Source of the DNA: Thermotogota bacterium
GTDB lineage: Bacteria; Thermotogota; Thermotogae; UBA12178
Length of the DNA: 64,000 nt
Assembly (NCBI GenBank): GCA_021161835.1
Contig: JAGGZV010000097.1
Span: 4,646-68,645 of the forward strand
Reading direction: 5' to 3'
In this document: positions 1 through 11,405 of the stretch, piece by piece
Numbering within the stretch: the first letter of the stretch is position 1
Layout: each line of letters opens with the position of its first letter
Translations under genes and position numbers: made by a program
Notes under the pieces: model-generated
Seen by the model: the letters and a program-made list of their open reading frames with translations, nothing else
What the model was told of the DNA's origin: nothing
The model's database searches: none

Positions 1-92
1 TTATAATCCGCAATAACGTCTGAAAGCAATATAGCGGAAACCATACAAATCGATAAAACAAAAAGAAGATTCCATCGAATTTTCACCAGGGG

Positions 93-446
93 TCACTCCC
101 CTCCAGAAACGGGGATGACACATATGAAGGAAGCTGGACCACTACCTGCATTGCGGAATTGATGAATCTCGTTGGGTTTGACGAAAGCATAAGAATGTTC
201 AGAAAGTTTGTAGACTCCATCCTCCGTTTCAAGTTCCACTTCACCTTCAACCACGAACACTTCATGTTCCCAGGGATGCGTGTGTTTGGGGGTATAACCA
301 CCTTTCTCAAGTGTGAACAAACGCATTATGAAGTTTTCCGCGCCCTGTTTCGATGGACCAATTAAAACCCTTTTCTTCACACCCTTCACTTCTTCTCCAT
401 CGTACACTACAGGTTCCACCTCTTCAGCTCGCCCTACGTACGCCAC
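93..446 (-). CDS. cupin domain-containing protein
   Basis: 117-aa ORF with a visible two-motif cupin signature (GGYTPKHTHPWEHEVFVVEGEVE ... SYAFVKPNEIHQFRN). Lies 3' of jag with a 23-nt overlap. Confidence 0.8.
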   Translation of the reverse strand: MAYVGRAEEVEPVVYDGEEVKGVKKRVLIGPSKQGAENFIMRLFTLEKGGYTPKHTHPWEHEVFVVEGEVELETEDGVYKLSEHSYAFVKPNEIHQFRNAGSGPASFICVIPVSGGE

Positions 447-1086
447 TTGATGACCCTCCCCTGTGCTGTTTTTTTAGTTCCCCAGCATATTCTATCACCA
501 CACGCCTGTAAGGCTCATATCCTACGGAATAACTGGTAAGGCCTTCGTACTCCTTCACAACCTCATGTACGACTTTGCGCTCATGCGAAAACATGGGAGT
601 TAACTCCACACGACCTTTACTCTTCAAAACCTTCATAGCCATTCTCTGAGCTATTTTTCTGATCCTTTCGAGATCTTCACCCTGAAACTCGAATTTAAGA
701 GAAAATTTAGAAGATGTGAAACGATTCACATATATGCTCAGAACATGATGGAGCTCTTGAAAAAAATGCTTGCTTTTCTTCATCTTACCATCGATTTTCG
801 TGAAACACACGGTAGCGGATTTTTTGGACACAGTTATATCGTAATTTATCTGAAAGTTGGCCATAGAAAAAAGACGATCGAGAAATTCCTTCATTTTTCG
901 TTCGACATATCGCTCGTTGAGTGTAATCTCCACCACCGCTTCCTTTTTTCCCAAGCCAAAGAAACCACGGTGAGGTTTCTGCAGGATTTCCAGCTCATAT
1001 TCGTCCTCACGGGCGTCGATCATCTTCAGGATCTTTTCTACAGCGTCCTGAACGGTATCACCTGCACCACGAAATTTCTTCATCAC
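424..1086 (-). CDS. jag: Jag/KhpB-type RNA-binding protein (Jag_N, KH-like, R3H-like)
   Basis: 220 aa. N-terminus GDTVQDAVEKILKMI is Jag_N-like; the C-terminal segment HERKVVHEVVKEYEGLTSYSVGYEPYRRVVI is R3H-like. Sits immediately 3' of yidC, as in the conserved rpmH-rnpA-yidD-yidC-jag cluster. Confidence 0.85.
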   Translation of the reverse strand: MMKKFRGAGDTVQDAVEKILKMIDAREDEYELEILQKPHRGFFGLGKKEAVVEITLNERYVERKMKEFLDRLFSMANFQINYDITVSKKSATVCFTKIDGKMKKSKHFFQELHHVLSIYVNRFTSSKFSLKFEFQGEDLERIRKIAQRMAMKVLKSKGRVELTPMFSHERKVVHEVVKEYEGLTSYSVGYEPYRRVVIEYAGELKKQHRGGSSSGVRRAS

Positions 1087-1101
1087 CCCACCTCCTGTTC
1101 A

Positions 1102-2409
1102 TCAGCCACCGAAAAGTTCTCTAATGGTCATACCCTTTATGTTGTATCTCTTGTAGATGTACAGGGTAACAAGTAACTGAATTATCGTTTGAACGGTCCA
1201 GTAAAGAAAAAGACCGGATGGAACCCTTATGAAGAGAAAAGGAAATATTATACTCATGGCTATGGACTGCCAGGCAGTACGCCTGTCTTGACTCGTTATT
1301 AAGGCAGAATAGAAGTAGCATACTACACTTATCACCACAAACAGGATATTCTCTTTGAATCCTCCCACGCTAAGGTCCTTCCAGATAAAAAACGGAGGAC
1401 CGTACGCAAATTCTTCACCAAAATAGCGTATTACCGAAAACAGTAACAGAAAAATCGGAAATTGCACCAGAAGGGTAAGACAACCCGATGCAGGATTAAC
1501 CTTTTTCTCACGATACAATTCCATAAGAGCCTCCTGCAAACGTTTTGGATCCTTGTACTTTTTTTTCAAACGCTCCACGTAAGGTTGTAGTTCTTTCATC
1601 TTTATCATGGATTTCATCTGTGTGTGGTAGAGCGGATACAAAATCAGACGCACTATTATGGTGAATATTATTATTGCCCATCCAAAATTTCCAGTTATTC
1701 TGTAAAGCCAGCTCATGAAAGAAACCAACCCGTAAAAAATAGAACCATACCATGTCCATGCTTTCGGTAAAGACCTGAGAGCCGCTTTCAATTTTTCATA
1801 ATCATCAGGGAACTCAGCAGAAATGAACGAATATTTTAAAGGCCCCAGGTATCCCTTTGCTTCCAACCGTCCATTCAATGCTACAACGTTGTTGAAAATT
1901 TCCTTCACACCCTTCGTACTTCCCATTTTAAATATGATGACACGCTTGGATCTTGAATAACTCATGAACATGTTATCCCAGAATCTGTCGTAATACAAGC
2001 GTGGTAAATGAACCTTTATCTCAACAGGGGTATTGATATTCAACTTCACAATGTAATGAGGTCCATCCACGAATATGAGTTCTTTAACAACACCTTTTTC
2101 GTGAAAGAAAAACAGGTGCAGATTACCCTTGGCATCGCTGCTCAACTCATAATCCAGAACCCTCAACGGTGAAGAGTCCACCACCACATCAAAACCGTCG
2201 TTTTCATAGCGGTATACTTCCGTACGCCGCTCGAATATGAAATAAACGTTTTTCAGTATTCCTCTGGTGACATCAAAAACGTATTCGGATGTCCTGCTCC
2301 TGATAACAAGAGTTGCACCTGTAGATTCGTATGTTACCTGCCCCGGGAGGGAGGATGTTAGCGACAGGAATAACAGGATAGCAAAAACATATAAACATGC
2401 ATTTTTCAT
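1102..2409 (-). CDS. yidC: membrane protein insertase YidC
   Basis: N-terminal signal/TM segment, a periplasmic domain and the C-terminal insertase core ([56 protein letters not shown]). I place the start at ATG 2409: GGAGGAGG lies 8 nt upstream and there is an ATGA overlap with the yidD stop. The ORF-track ATG 2427 lies inside that RBS. Confidence 0.9.
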   Translation of the reverse strand: MKNACLYVFAILLFLSLTSSLPGQVTYESTGATLVIRSRTSEYVFDVTRGILKNVYFIFERRTEVYRYENDGFDVVVDSSPLRVLDYELSSDAKGNLHLFFFHEKGVVKELIFVDGPHYIVKLNINTPVEIKVHLPRLYYDRFWDNMFMSYSRSKRVIIFKMGSTKGVKEIFNNVVALNGRLEAKGYLGPLKYSFISAEFPDDYEKLKAALRSLPKAWTWYGSIFYGLVSFMSWLYRITGNFGWAIIIFTIIVRLILYPLYHTQMKSMIKMKELQPYVERLKKKYKDPKRLQEALMELYREKKVNPASGCLTLLVQFPIFLLLFSVIRYFGEEFAYGPPFFIWKDLSVGGFKENILFVVISVVCYFYSALITSQDRRTAWQSIAMSIIFPFLFIRVPSGLFLYWTVQTIIQLLVTLYIYKRYNIKGMTIRELFGG

Positions 2410-2630
2410 CTTTTCTGCCTCCTCCATGTGAAAATTTCAGGGACGGGATCGTGACCACCAGGATGCCACGGATGACACTTCAACAGGCGTTTTACACCAA
2501 GATACAGCCCTCTCATCACTCCAAATCTTTTGATGCTCTCGTACATATAATGCGAGCATGTAGGTGTAAAACGGCAAACTGGAGGTTTAAGAGGTGAAAC
2601 AAACCTCTGATAAAGCCGTATTATACACAA
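2406..2630 (-). CDS. yidD: membrane protein insertion efficiency factor YidD
   Basis: Conserved YidD core [31 protein letters not shown]...[13 protein letters not shown]. The start is uncertain: TTG 2630 lies directly after the rnpA stop, while ORF-track ATG 2756 would overlap rnpA by 124 nt. Confidence 0.8.
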   Translation of the reverse strand: MCIIRLYQRFVSPLKPPVCRFTPTCSHYMYESIKRFGVMRGLYLGVKRLLKCHPWHPGGHDPVPEIFTWRRQKR

Positions 2631-2632
2631 TA

Positions 2633-2992
2633 TTACTCTTTTAGGAAATTCAGTAGCTCGTCCAGCATCACTTCTATATCCCGATATCTCAGATTCTCGA
2701 ACATGCCTGCTAAGCTCTTTCGTGGTATTACTATCAAATCCACACATTTTCTCCATTCACCTTTATGTAATCTGAAATATTCCCTTATGTAGCGTTTGAA
2801 TCTGTTTCTTTCATGTGCTTTTCCAAACTTCTTGCCAACAATAATACACAACCGCGAAACATCCATGTCGTTGTAAAGATATAAAACGGTGATGTAATCG
2901 TTGTTGACTTTTTCACCGTTCCTGAGAACGTTATCTATGTCTCTACGCTTACTGAGTCTCTCCAACCTGGTAAAGGTATAAACTCTGCTCAC
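2633..2992 (-). CDS. rnpA: ribonuclease P protein component
   Basis: Family-typical sequence ([17 protein letters not shown]..., [25 protein letters not shown]). I place the start at GTG 2992, which overlaps the rpmH stop (GTGTGA) and gives 119 aa. The 187-aa ORF-track version runs through rpmH in another frame. Confidence 0.85.
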   Translation of the reverse strand: MSRVYTFTRLERLSKRRDIDNVLRNGEKVNNDYITVLYLYNDMDVSRLCIIVGKKFGKAHERNRFKRYIREYFRLHKGEWRKCVDLIVIPRKSLAGMFENLRYRDIEVMLDELLNFLKE

Positions 2993-3123
2993 ACCGTGAG
3001 TCTTTTCCGACCTTTTCTTCTGCGCCTCTTGAGTATGGCTCTCCCACTCTTCGTGGACATTCTCCTGAGGAATCCATGCGTTCTCTTTCGCTTTCGTCGA
3101 GATGGTTGATATGTTCTCTTCAT
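2989..3123 (-). CDS. rpmH: 50S ribosomal protein L34
   Basis: Hand translation of the minus strand gives [44 protein letters not shown] (44 aa), a textbook L34. GGGAGG lies upstream of ATG 3123. Missing from the ORF track because it is under 60 aa. Confidence 0.95.
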   Translation of the reverse strand: MKRTYQPSRRKRKRTHGFLRRMSTKSGRAILKRRRRKGRKRLTV

Positions 3124-3147
3124 AATTCCAGCCTCCCAACAGTAGTT

Positions 3148-4008
3148 TTACTCGGCATACACACCGATCCCATATACTTCCGGTCCAGTGTGGCACGCAA
3201 CTGTAGGTGAAATACGCAAAAGGTACTCTTCCAGTTTTTCAACTCCTGTAGGTACCAAATTTCTTATCTTATCCAGCAATTCCTCAACCCGTTCACGCAT
3301 GATCTCGGCACCGTACCCTACCATGATTCTAACGAATTTCTTACCTTTCAAAAACTTCGTCGCCATCTCCGCCATGGTGTTGATAGCAGAACGTCTGCCC
3401 CGAACAACCGCCTTTTTATCCACGTAACCTTCTTCATCTACTGTGAGTATCGGCACTATTTTCAGCAGCGTACCTATCAGGTTCATGGCTTTGCCTATTC
3501 TACCGTTTTTGTGAAGATATTTCAACGTGTTAACCGTGAAAACCAGGAACGTGTTTCTGCGTATTTCGTGAAACCGCTCTTTCAAAACCTTTATGGACCG
3601 TGTTTCCTCGTACAACTCCCGCAATCTCATGGCTATCAGACCGGCACCGGCAGAAGCACTTCTGGTATCGAATAGATACACCCGCAAATCTTTCAAGCGT
3701 CCTATAAAGAGCCTGTAAGTGTCCAGAAATCCACTCAGCTTTTCCGAAAAGTGGATGGAGATAACTTCATCCACACCCTTTTCTTTCAGATCTTCATAGA
3801 ATTTTTCCACTTCCGACATGGAAGGAAATGCGGTTTTCAATTCGCTTTCATTGGTAACCATACCATAAAACTCTTCTCTACTTATGTCCACCGTGTCAGT
3901 GTAAGTTCTACCATCAACCTCAACCTTCATCCCAATGGTGTAAAAAGGATGAACTTTAAGCCATTCTTCAGGCATATCACAGACGCTATCAGTTACAAAA
4001 ACTTCCAA
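3148..4008 (-). CDS. DegV family fatty-acid-binding protein
   Basis: DegV-like sequence (VFVTDSVCDMP..., DTRSASAGAGLIAMRL, GRIGKAMNLIGTLLKIVPIL). I prefer TTG 4008: AGGAGGTG lies 9 nt upstream and the product is 286 aa. ORF-track ATG 4062 has no RBS. Confidence 0.85.
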   Translation of the reverse strand: MEVFVTDSVCDMPEEWLKVHPFYTIGMKVEVDGRTYTDTVDISREEFYGMVTNESELKTAFPSMSEVEKFYEDLKEKGVDEVISIHFSEKLSGFLDTYRLFIGRLKDLRVYLFDTRSASAGAGLIAMRLRELYEETRSIKVLKERFHEIRRNTFLVFTVNTLKYLHKNGRIGKAMNLIGTLLKIVPILTVDEEGYVDKKAVVRGRRSAINTMAEMATKFLKGKKFVRIMVGYGAEIMRERVEELLDKIRNLVPTGVEKLEEYLLRISPTVACHTGPEVYGIGVYAE

Positions 4009-4104
4009 AATTCCATCCACCTCCTGGCAGCGAAAGGAATCACCATGGAAGTATTCTATCATGGTCTTTTACAGAGCACCAAAGGATGAATTCGAATACA
4101 AAGA

Positions 4105-4131
4105 ACAAAGGGGGGAGAACCCCCCCTTTGT
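4105..4131 (-). terminator. rho-independent terminator after eno
   Basis: 11-bp stem ACAAAGGGGGG/CCCCCCTTTGT with a 5-nt loop, 22 nt 3' of the eno stop. Followed on the minus strand by TTCTTTGTATT. Confidence 0.7.
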
Positions 4132-4152
4132 CCAGGAAATGGACATTTTTCC

Positions 4153-5803
<1,651 letters not shown>

Positions 5804-5817
5804 TCATTCACCTCCTT

Positions 5818-8373
5818 TCAACCTTTCACAGCCCCTCTGGTTAACCCCCCTATCAGAAACCTCTGAAGGGAAAGAAACAGTATCACCATCGGTGTCATAC
5901 CCATGAGAGCGGCGGCGGTGAATATTCCCCACTGTGTTTCATATGGTCCGACCGCAAAGGTCCAGAGTCCGAGAGCGTAGGTGTAGTTTCTCACATCCTG
6001 CAATATTATTCTGGCCAGCACGAACTCATTGAAGGTACCCATGAAAGTTAGAATGATGACAACCGCGAGAATAGGGCTTGCCAACGGGAGAACGATCTTG
6101 TAAAAGGTCTGAAACCTTGTCGCACCATCTATCATGGCAGCTTCCTCCAGGGAGTCGGGTATCGTATCATAGAAACCCTTTATCAAATACATATTGAAAG
6201 CTATGTTCCCCAGGTAAACGAATATCAAGCCCCCCAGAGTGTTCAATCCCAGCCACGGTACGAATTTCCCCATGAAGTTCAGCAGACCATACAAAGCCAC
6301 CATATACATTATCGCGGGGAACATTTGAATGAGGAGCAGTGTCAGAATACCGTATTTTCTCCCCCAAAATCTCATTCTGCTGTAAGGATAGGCGGCAAGA
6401 GCGCAAACTGCTGTCGTTATCAAAGCAACCACCCCGGATACAATTACAGAATTCGCCACCCATCGCAAAAAGAAGTGTTTGGGTTTCTGCTCCCAGATTT
6501 GTGAGAATCTGAATAAAAGATGCTCAATATCTTTGAATATTTTCCTTGCTTTTTTTACCGGAAAGTCATATATCAAATCTCCTGCTAGTCTTAAAGAAAC
6601 ACCTAGATATCCGCTCACCTTGCCGGCGTAATCTAACTTGGTAAGATCATACATTCGTTCCAGAGCCTCGGAACTCACATATATACCACCCATTGCTATA
6701 TCCATGAGATGGAACATGTTGTCCTCGAAAAGCTTCAACCAGCTAGCGAAAGAATTCATCAGCTCACGCGCACCACGTAGAAAGCGATCCAGCCTTTTCA
6801 CAAAATCTCGATACTTTTCCACCCAACTCATTGTTCGAAAGAGATTTTTGAACAAATCTTCGAATCTATCGTCTGAAAAAGAACTCCTGTATTCCATTGC
6901 CAGATCTTTCACCTTTCTGTATATGCTCGCATATTTTACGACAGCCCGCCAATCGAATTTTTCTTTCAGTTTCATGAGGTCGTTTTGCCAGACTTCCAGT
7001 GCTCTTGCCGCAGCCACCAGCCACTGTTTCCTAACAAACGGCAACAAAACGGTCGTCCTTGCATCGATGATTTTCTCCAATTCGTGCTTTTCCATCATGA
7101 CCTTATCCAGTAGATTCCTCTTGACCGCAACTTCTTCTTCCAGATGACTCAGCTCTTCCGTACCATCAACCCATTCACGCAGGATGGCTCCAACACTCTC
7201 AAGTGTTTCCAGAAACGAGGGAAGAAACCCTTCAAAAGCTTCAAGGAAGTCAACATGGATGGCACTGACAACGTTTTCACCACTTATCCACTGCAGATAT
7301 TCGACAATTTTCTTCATTCGGTTTTTCACGACATTCAATTTTCCCAACAGCATCTTCATGATAGGCTGATTTGTCCGTAAATTCGGGAAAGCTTCCATGG
7401 ATCGAACGGCATTCTCCGCATCACGAATAAGAGTTTCCGTTGCAAAAGTGTTCATCACATTCTTCTGGACCTTTTCTCCTTTTTCAAGCAGGCTCAGGAA
7501 TTTCTCGAGTGTATCTTCCATCACTTTTACTTCTGGTATGTACAGATCCTCTATCAGCTCCTGAATTTTCAAAAGTTTGAGAGACATGGTATATCTTTTA
7601 TTGTCTAGTTTCGCGATTTCATCATCGAATTGTTTGATCTTTTCTTCCAGTTCTTCCAATTTTTTCCTGCTGATTCCAATGTACCTGTCATATATACTCA
7701 TCAGGAGCTTCGAAACATCTGAATACACCTTTCTCAATTCCACGATGCTACTCTCACCTTCAACGAATCTTCTGAACTCCAACATGAAATTTCTGTCATA
7801 TTCGGCGTAGCGCTCCAACAACGTCATGAAAAACGGGTCATATTGTGAAAAACGTCTGGATGAAAGTAACTCCCAGAAAACCACAGGTGCGAAAGCAGGA
7901 TCGAGTTCTGGTAGTTCTCCAGCCGCTTTCACGAAAGCACCGCGAATGTCTTCCAGTGCACGGATGCTTTCTTCAACAATTACTTCAGCATTTCCTCCTA
8001 AATATCCATTTATTTCGTTCTTCATTCTATCGAGCTCTGTGAGAATGTTAGAGGACACACGCATGTATTCATGTAAACGTTCAACATCCCTCACCGCCGT
8101 TTTCTGTGCTTTGCTTTTTTTTCCAGTATCAAAGGGCTTTGAAAAGGTGATGAGATTCTGAAGCTCGAGAATCAAGGCGGGTACATTCTTTTCTGGAACG
8201 AGAAGGTCCCTATAGTGTTGCAGTGTCAATCGCGTGGTGACAATCTTGTTCGAGAAAGCCGCTTCATCCATTCTGACCGAAGTGACCACAACCCAGAAAA
8301 CGGGGAAAAGTATGATGACCACCAAGATTATGAGAATCACATGGGCAATAGGGTGTCTATTCGTACGCTTCAT
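5818..8373 (-). CDS. malG: maltose/maltodextrin ABC transporter permease MalG-type with giant periplasmic insertion
   Basis: The N-terminus (TM1 and LTLQHYRDLL) and C-terminal ~225 aa (AAYPYSRMRFWGRKY, EAA loop DSLEEAAMIDGATRFQTFYKIVLPL) are MalG-like. About 570 extra residues lie between TM1 and TM2. The start overlaps the malF stop by 1 nt (TAATG). Confidence 0.85.
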   Translation of the reverse strand: MKRTNRHPIAHVILIILVVIILFPVFWVVVTSVRMDEAAFSNKIVTTRLTLQHYRDLLVPEKNVPALILELQNLITFSKPFDTGKKSKAQKTAVRDVERLHEYMRVSSNILTELDRMKNEINGYLGGNAEVIVEESIRALEDIRGAFVKAAGELPELDPAFAPVVFWELLSSRRFSQYDPFFMTLLERYAEYDRNFMLEFRRFVEGESSIVELRKVYSDVSKLLMSIYDRYIGISRKKLEELEEKIKQFDDEIAKLDNKRYTMSLKLLKIQELIEDLYIPEVKVMEDTLEKFLSLLEKGEKVQKNVMNTFATETLIRDAENAVRSMEAFPNLRTNQPIMKMLLGKLNVVKNRMKKIVEYLQWISGENVVSAIHVDFLEAFEGFLPSFLETLESVGAILREWVDGTEELSHLEEEVAVKRNLLDKVMMEKHELEKIIDARTTVLLPFVRKQWLVAAARALEVWQNDLMKLKEKFDWRAVVKYASIYRKVKDLAMEYRSSFSDDRFEDLFKNLFRTMSWVEKYRDFVKRLDRFLRGARELMNSFASWLKLFEDNMFHLMDIAMGGIYVSSEALERMYDLTKLDYAGKVSGYLGVSLRLAGDLIYDFPVKKARKIFKDIEHLLFRFSQIWEQKPKHFFLRWVANSVIVSGVVALITTAVCALAAYPYSRMRFWGRKYGILTLLLIQMFPAIMYMVALYGLLNFMGKFVPWLGLNTLGGLIFVYLGNIAFNMYLIKGFYDTIPDSLEEAAMIDGATRFQTFYKIVLPLASPILAVVIILTFMGTFNEFVLARIILQDVRNYTYALGLWTFAVGPYETQWGIFTAAALMGMTPMVILFLSLQRFLIGGLTRGAVKG

Positions 8374-10112
8374 TACCTGCTCACCTCTTCGAAAGAACCG
8401 GAAAGTTTGAAATTCACGAAGCTTATCCCCGCCACTATAACGAATATGATCACAGATACGGCGCTGGCAAAACCAAAATCCTGACCACGTCCACCTTCAA
8501 AAGCCAGTTTGTAGGTATAGGAAATCAGTATATCGGTTGCACCAGCAGGTGTGGTGGTGTTCGGCATGGGTGGACCACCCTGGGTAAGAAGATAGATGTT
8601 GACAAAGTTGTTGAAGTTGAAAGCAAAACTTCCCACGAGTAGTGGTGCAACAGTAGTGAGAAGTAAAGGAAAGGTTATACTGAAGAACCTCTGCACCTTT
8701 CCAGCACCATCCATCGCTGCTGCTTCGTAGAATTCATCGGGTATACTTTGCAAAGCTCCAAGTGAAACGGTCATCATGTATGGAAATCCCAGCCAGGTAT
8801 TTACTGCAAGACATGCGATTTTGGCTAGAAAGGCGTCGCTGAACCATTTCAACTTGATTCCAAAAATGGAGAGAAGAAACTTGTTCAACAATCCGTAGGA
8901 TTCGTTGAATATACCATTTCGCCACACAAGGACAGAAATAAACGCTGGAATTGCCCATGGTACTATCAACAGAGTCCTATAGAGTACTCGACCCTTCAAA
9001 GTTCGATCGTTGAGCACCAGAGCAAACGACAAACCAACGATAAACGTGAAAAGAACGCTAAGAGCGGCCCACGTGAAATTCCACGCAAATATTTTCAAGA
9101 ACGGCCTTGAAACACTTGGATCTGTGAATATCCTCATGAAATTTCTCACACCTACGTAATCTATATAGCCAGCTACGAATTTCTTTTTTCCCTCAGATGT
9201 CAATTCGTAAAATGCCCCTTCCTCTTCCAGCAGCGGTCTATTCGTCTTCGTGTTAATCACCACACTCTTGAACACCCTTTCCCCATCAATTTCCACTTCG
9301 CGATAGGAAAGAACATACAAACGTTTCACCGGAAAAAATCGCCATTTACCATCAGATGAAATTTTTAGAGCCAGGCGCACTCCATCTGGAGTAATGTACT
9401 CAGCGTTAGCCAAGTATTTCTGACCGATCCTGCTTTTGAAAAACATTTCATTGCGCACCGTGAAAGGATCATCGGGGTTGTAGAAACGTCTATACACTTC
9501 TTCGCCTATTTTCAACATTCTGGCATCTGTAAGATTGAAGAAATCATCAGGCACGACTTCCAGAACGTGTCCTTGAAAGTCATGATGCTCACTGGTCACG
9601 GGAACAAGAACACCTTCTCTGAGGACAATCTCACGCCCTCTCCTAACTTTGGGCTGCGCCACGCCTGCCACGAAGTGATGACCGCCCACATTGAAAACTA
9701 TCAGAAAATCGTCAGTGGGACTCAAATTTTCGTACCGCACGAAAACGGTGTAAGAAACTGAGTGAGCTTCTTCAGGGATGTAAGTATATAGTGGATCTGT
9801 TATCAACCTTTTAACAACTTCTTCACGTACTTCTATATGTCCAGTGCCGTAATTTGTGAAAGCAATGTTAATGGTGAAATATATGGGATACACCACGAGA
9901 ATGGCCAGCAAAATGACCGCGGGAATTATGTATCTGTATGGATAAGCTCTGCGGGAGAAAAAAATGAAATCTACTATGACGATCAAAGAGGCGATTACTA
10001 TTCCAAGGCTCTTCAAACCATACGATATAAGAAATGTGGAAGCCCAGAAAGCGAGCGCATTCGTTACAAACAAGAAAAACCATCCCACCACTTTTAGAGT
10101 CGTTCTCAACAT
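8373..10112 (-). CDS. malF: maltose/maltodextrin ABC transporter permease MalF-type
   Basis: Multi-TM protein with a large loop after TM3 and the EAA motif DEFYEAAAMDGAGKVQRFFSITFPLL. I place the start at ATG 10112 (GAGGTG 8 nt upstream); ORF-track GTG 10121 is part of that RBS. Confidence 0.85.
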   Translation of the reverse strand: MLRTTLKVVGWFFLFVTNALAFWASTFLISYGLKSLGIVIASLIVIVDFIFFSRRAYPYRYIIPAVILLAILVVYPIYFTINIAFTNYGTGHIEVREEVVKRLITDPLYTYIPEEAHSVSYTVFVRYENLSPTDDFLIVFNVGGHHFVAGVAQPKVRRGREIVLREGVLVPVTSEHHDFQGHVLEVVPDDFFNLTDARMLKIGEEVYRRFYNPDDPFTVRNEMFFKSRIGQKYLANAEYITPDGVRLALKISSDGKWRFFPVKRLYVLSYREVEIDGERVFKSVVINTKTNRPLLEEEGAFYELTSEGKKKFVAGYIDYVGVRNFMRIFTDPSVSRPFLKIFAWNFTWAALSVLFTFIVGLSFALVLNDRTLKGRVLYRTLLIVPWAIPAFISVLVWRNGIFNESYGLLNKFLLSIFGIKLKWFSDAFLAKIACLAVNTWLGFPYMMTVSLGALQSIPDEFYEAAAMDGAGKVQRFFSITFPLLLTTVAPLLVGSFAFNFNNFVNIYLLTQGGPPMPNTTTPAGATDILISYTYKLAFEGGRGQDFGFASAVSVIIFVIVAGISFVNFKLSGSFEEVSR

Positions 10113-10163
10113 CGTGATCACCTCAAAGAAATTTTAACCCCGGTGGGGATGGAAGAAGGAAGC

Positions 10164-10200
10164 AAAACAAAAATAAAAAACGGGGGATGCCCCCCGTTTT
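10164..10200 (-). terminator. intra-operon hairpin / terminator between malE and malF
   Basis: Stem AAAACGGGGG/CCCCCGTTTT abuts the malE stop codon. It is followed on the minus strand by TTTTTTATTTTTGTTTT. Confidence 0.7.
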
Positions 10201-11381
10201 CACTTGGCAATTTGAGCCTTTATCTTTTCCACGGCGTTGTTCAATGCCTCCTCTACAGAGGCCTTTCCATTTATTATGAGATTCAAAGCGTCGCCCATGG
10301 CCCCCCAAACAGGTGCCATTTCCGGCACATTGGGCATCGGTATACCATTCGCAGCGCTCCTGGTAAAAGCTACAACATCTGGATCATTCTTCACCAGCTC
10401 CAGTACATCTTTCCTGGATGGAAGCCTGGGATCGGCCAAGTAAAGCTTGTACATCGTGTCCTTCTTGGCTATGAAACTGGTCAGAAATTCCAGAGCTATG
10501 AGCTTGTTAGGAGAATTGGCGTTGATCATGAATCCCTGGACACCCACGAAAGGTTTGGCTTTCACGCCCCATGCCAGATCAGGAATGAGAGCAACGCCAT
10601 AATCTATACCCGCATCTCTATAAGCTTTTATAGCCCAGGGACCGTTTATTATCATCGCTGCTGCATCAGACTTGAAGAGATCATCCATTATGGGATAATT
10701 GTCTCCCACCTGCAATATTCCCTCATCGAAAAGCCGTTTTATGAGTTTGGCTCCCTGCACAGCACCCCAATTGTTCAAACCAATATCTGTAACATCCAAT
10801 CCTTCCGGGGTGCTCTTGAAAATGTAGCCACCATATCCCTGAATGAATGGAGCGGAAAAGTAGAAATTAGCAGCATCGTAGATGAATCCTCTCACTTCTC
10901 CTTCGTATTCCTCATCTATTTCCTTCGCTTTTTCGATGAGCTCATCCATTGTTTTAGGTGGTTCGGTAATATAGTTCTTGTTGTATATCAACGCAACCGC
11001 TTCCATGGCATACGGTAATCCATACAACTTTCCACCATAACTGAAAGCGTTGAGAGCGGATTCGTAGAACATCTTCTTTTCTCCGAACTCCGGTATAGGT
11101 TCTATCAACCCGTTAACGGCAAGTTCACCAACCCAATCATGTGCGCCCACTATTATATCTGCGCCCTGGCCAGCCGGTGCTGCTTGAAGAAATTTGGACT
11201 TTATGGATCCAAAGTCGACATACTGCACCACGACTTCCACCCCGTACTTCGCTTTGAACTCCTCTCCCAGTTTCTGAAGTATGTCCACCTGCTTTTCCGA
11301 ACACCATATGGTCAATTTCAACTGCGAAAAAACGAAACTCACGACCAGCACCATCAACATGACAATAAGGACTCTGCGCAT
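10200..11381 (-). CDS. malE: maltose/maltodextrin-binding periplasmic protein
   Basis: 393 aa with a signal peptide (MRRVLIVMLMVLVVSFVFS). MalE-like blocks: KLTIWCSEKQ, GADIIVGAHDWVGELA, PYAMEAVALIYNK, INGPWA. AGGAGGGTG lies 5 nt upstream of ATG 11381. Confidence 0.9.
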   Translation of the reverse strand: MRRVLIVMLMVLVVSFVFSQLKLTIWCSEKQVDILQKLGEEFKAKYGVEVVVQYVDFGSIKSKFLQAAPAGQGADIIVGAHDWVGELAVNGLIEPIPEFGEKKMFYESALNAFSYGGKLYGLPYAMEAVALIYNKNYITEPPKTMDELIEKAKEIDEEYEGEVRGFIYDAANFYFSAPFIQGYGGYIFKSTPEGLDVTDIGLNNWGAVQGAKLIKRLFDEGILQVGDNYPIMDDLFKSDAAAMIINGPWAIKAYRDAGIDYGVALIPDLAWGVKAKPFVGVQGFMINANSPNKLIALEFLTSFIAKKDTMYKLYLADPRLPSRKDVLELVKNDPDVVAFTRSAANGIPMPNVPEMAPVWGAMGDALNLIINGKASVEEALNNAVEKIKAQIAK

Positions 11382-11405
11382 ACGATCACCCTCCTATCTT
11401 TACAG

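Noticed and set aside
1-75. 24-aa minus-strand ORF ending exactly at the window edge
   Set aside because: Too short, with no RBS seen and no motif. It cannot be supported.
2993-3196. N-terminal 68 codons of the 187-aa rnpA ORF from the track
   Set aside because: This stretch is the rpmH gene read in the wrong frame plus the degV 3' end. A GTG at 2992 gives a normal-length RnpA.
1-4150. Replication origin or dnaA expected next to rpmH-rnpA-yidC-jag
   Set aside because: Upstream of rpmH is degV and then eno. There is no dnaA gene and no cluster of DnaA boxes (TTATCCACA). The only near-match I saw lies inside a CDS at ~36733.
10143-11018. 291-aa plus-strand ORF
   Set aside because: Fully antisense to malE, which has clear family motifs, a signal peptide and an RBS. 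The antisense frame is low-complexity and motif-free.
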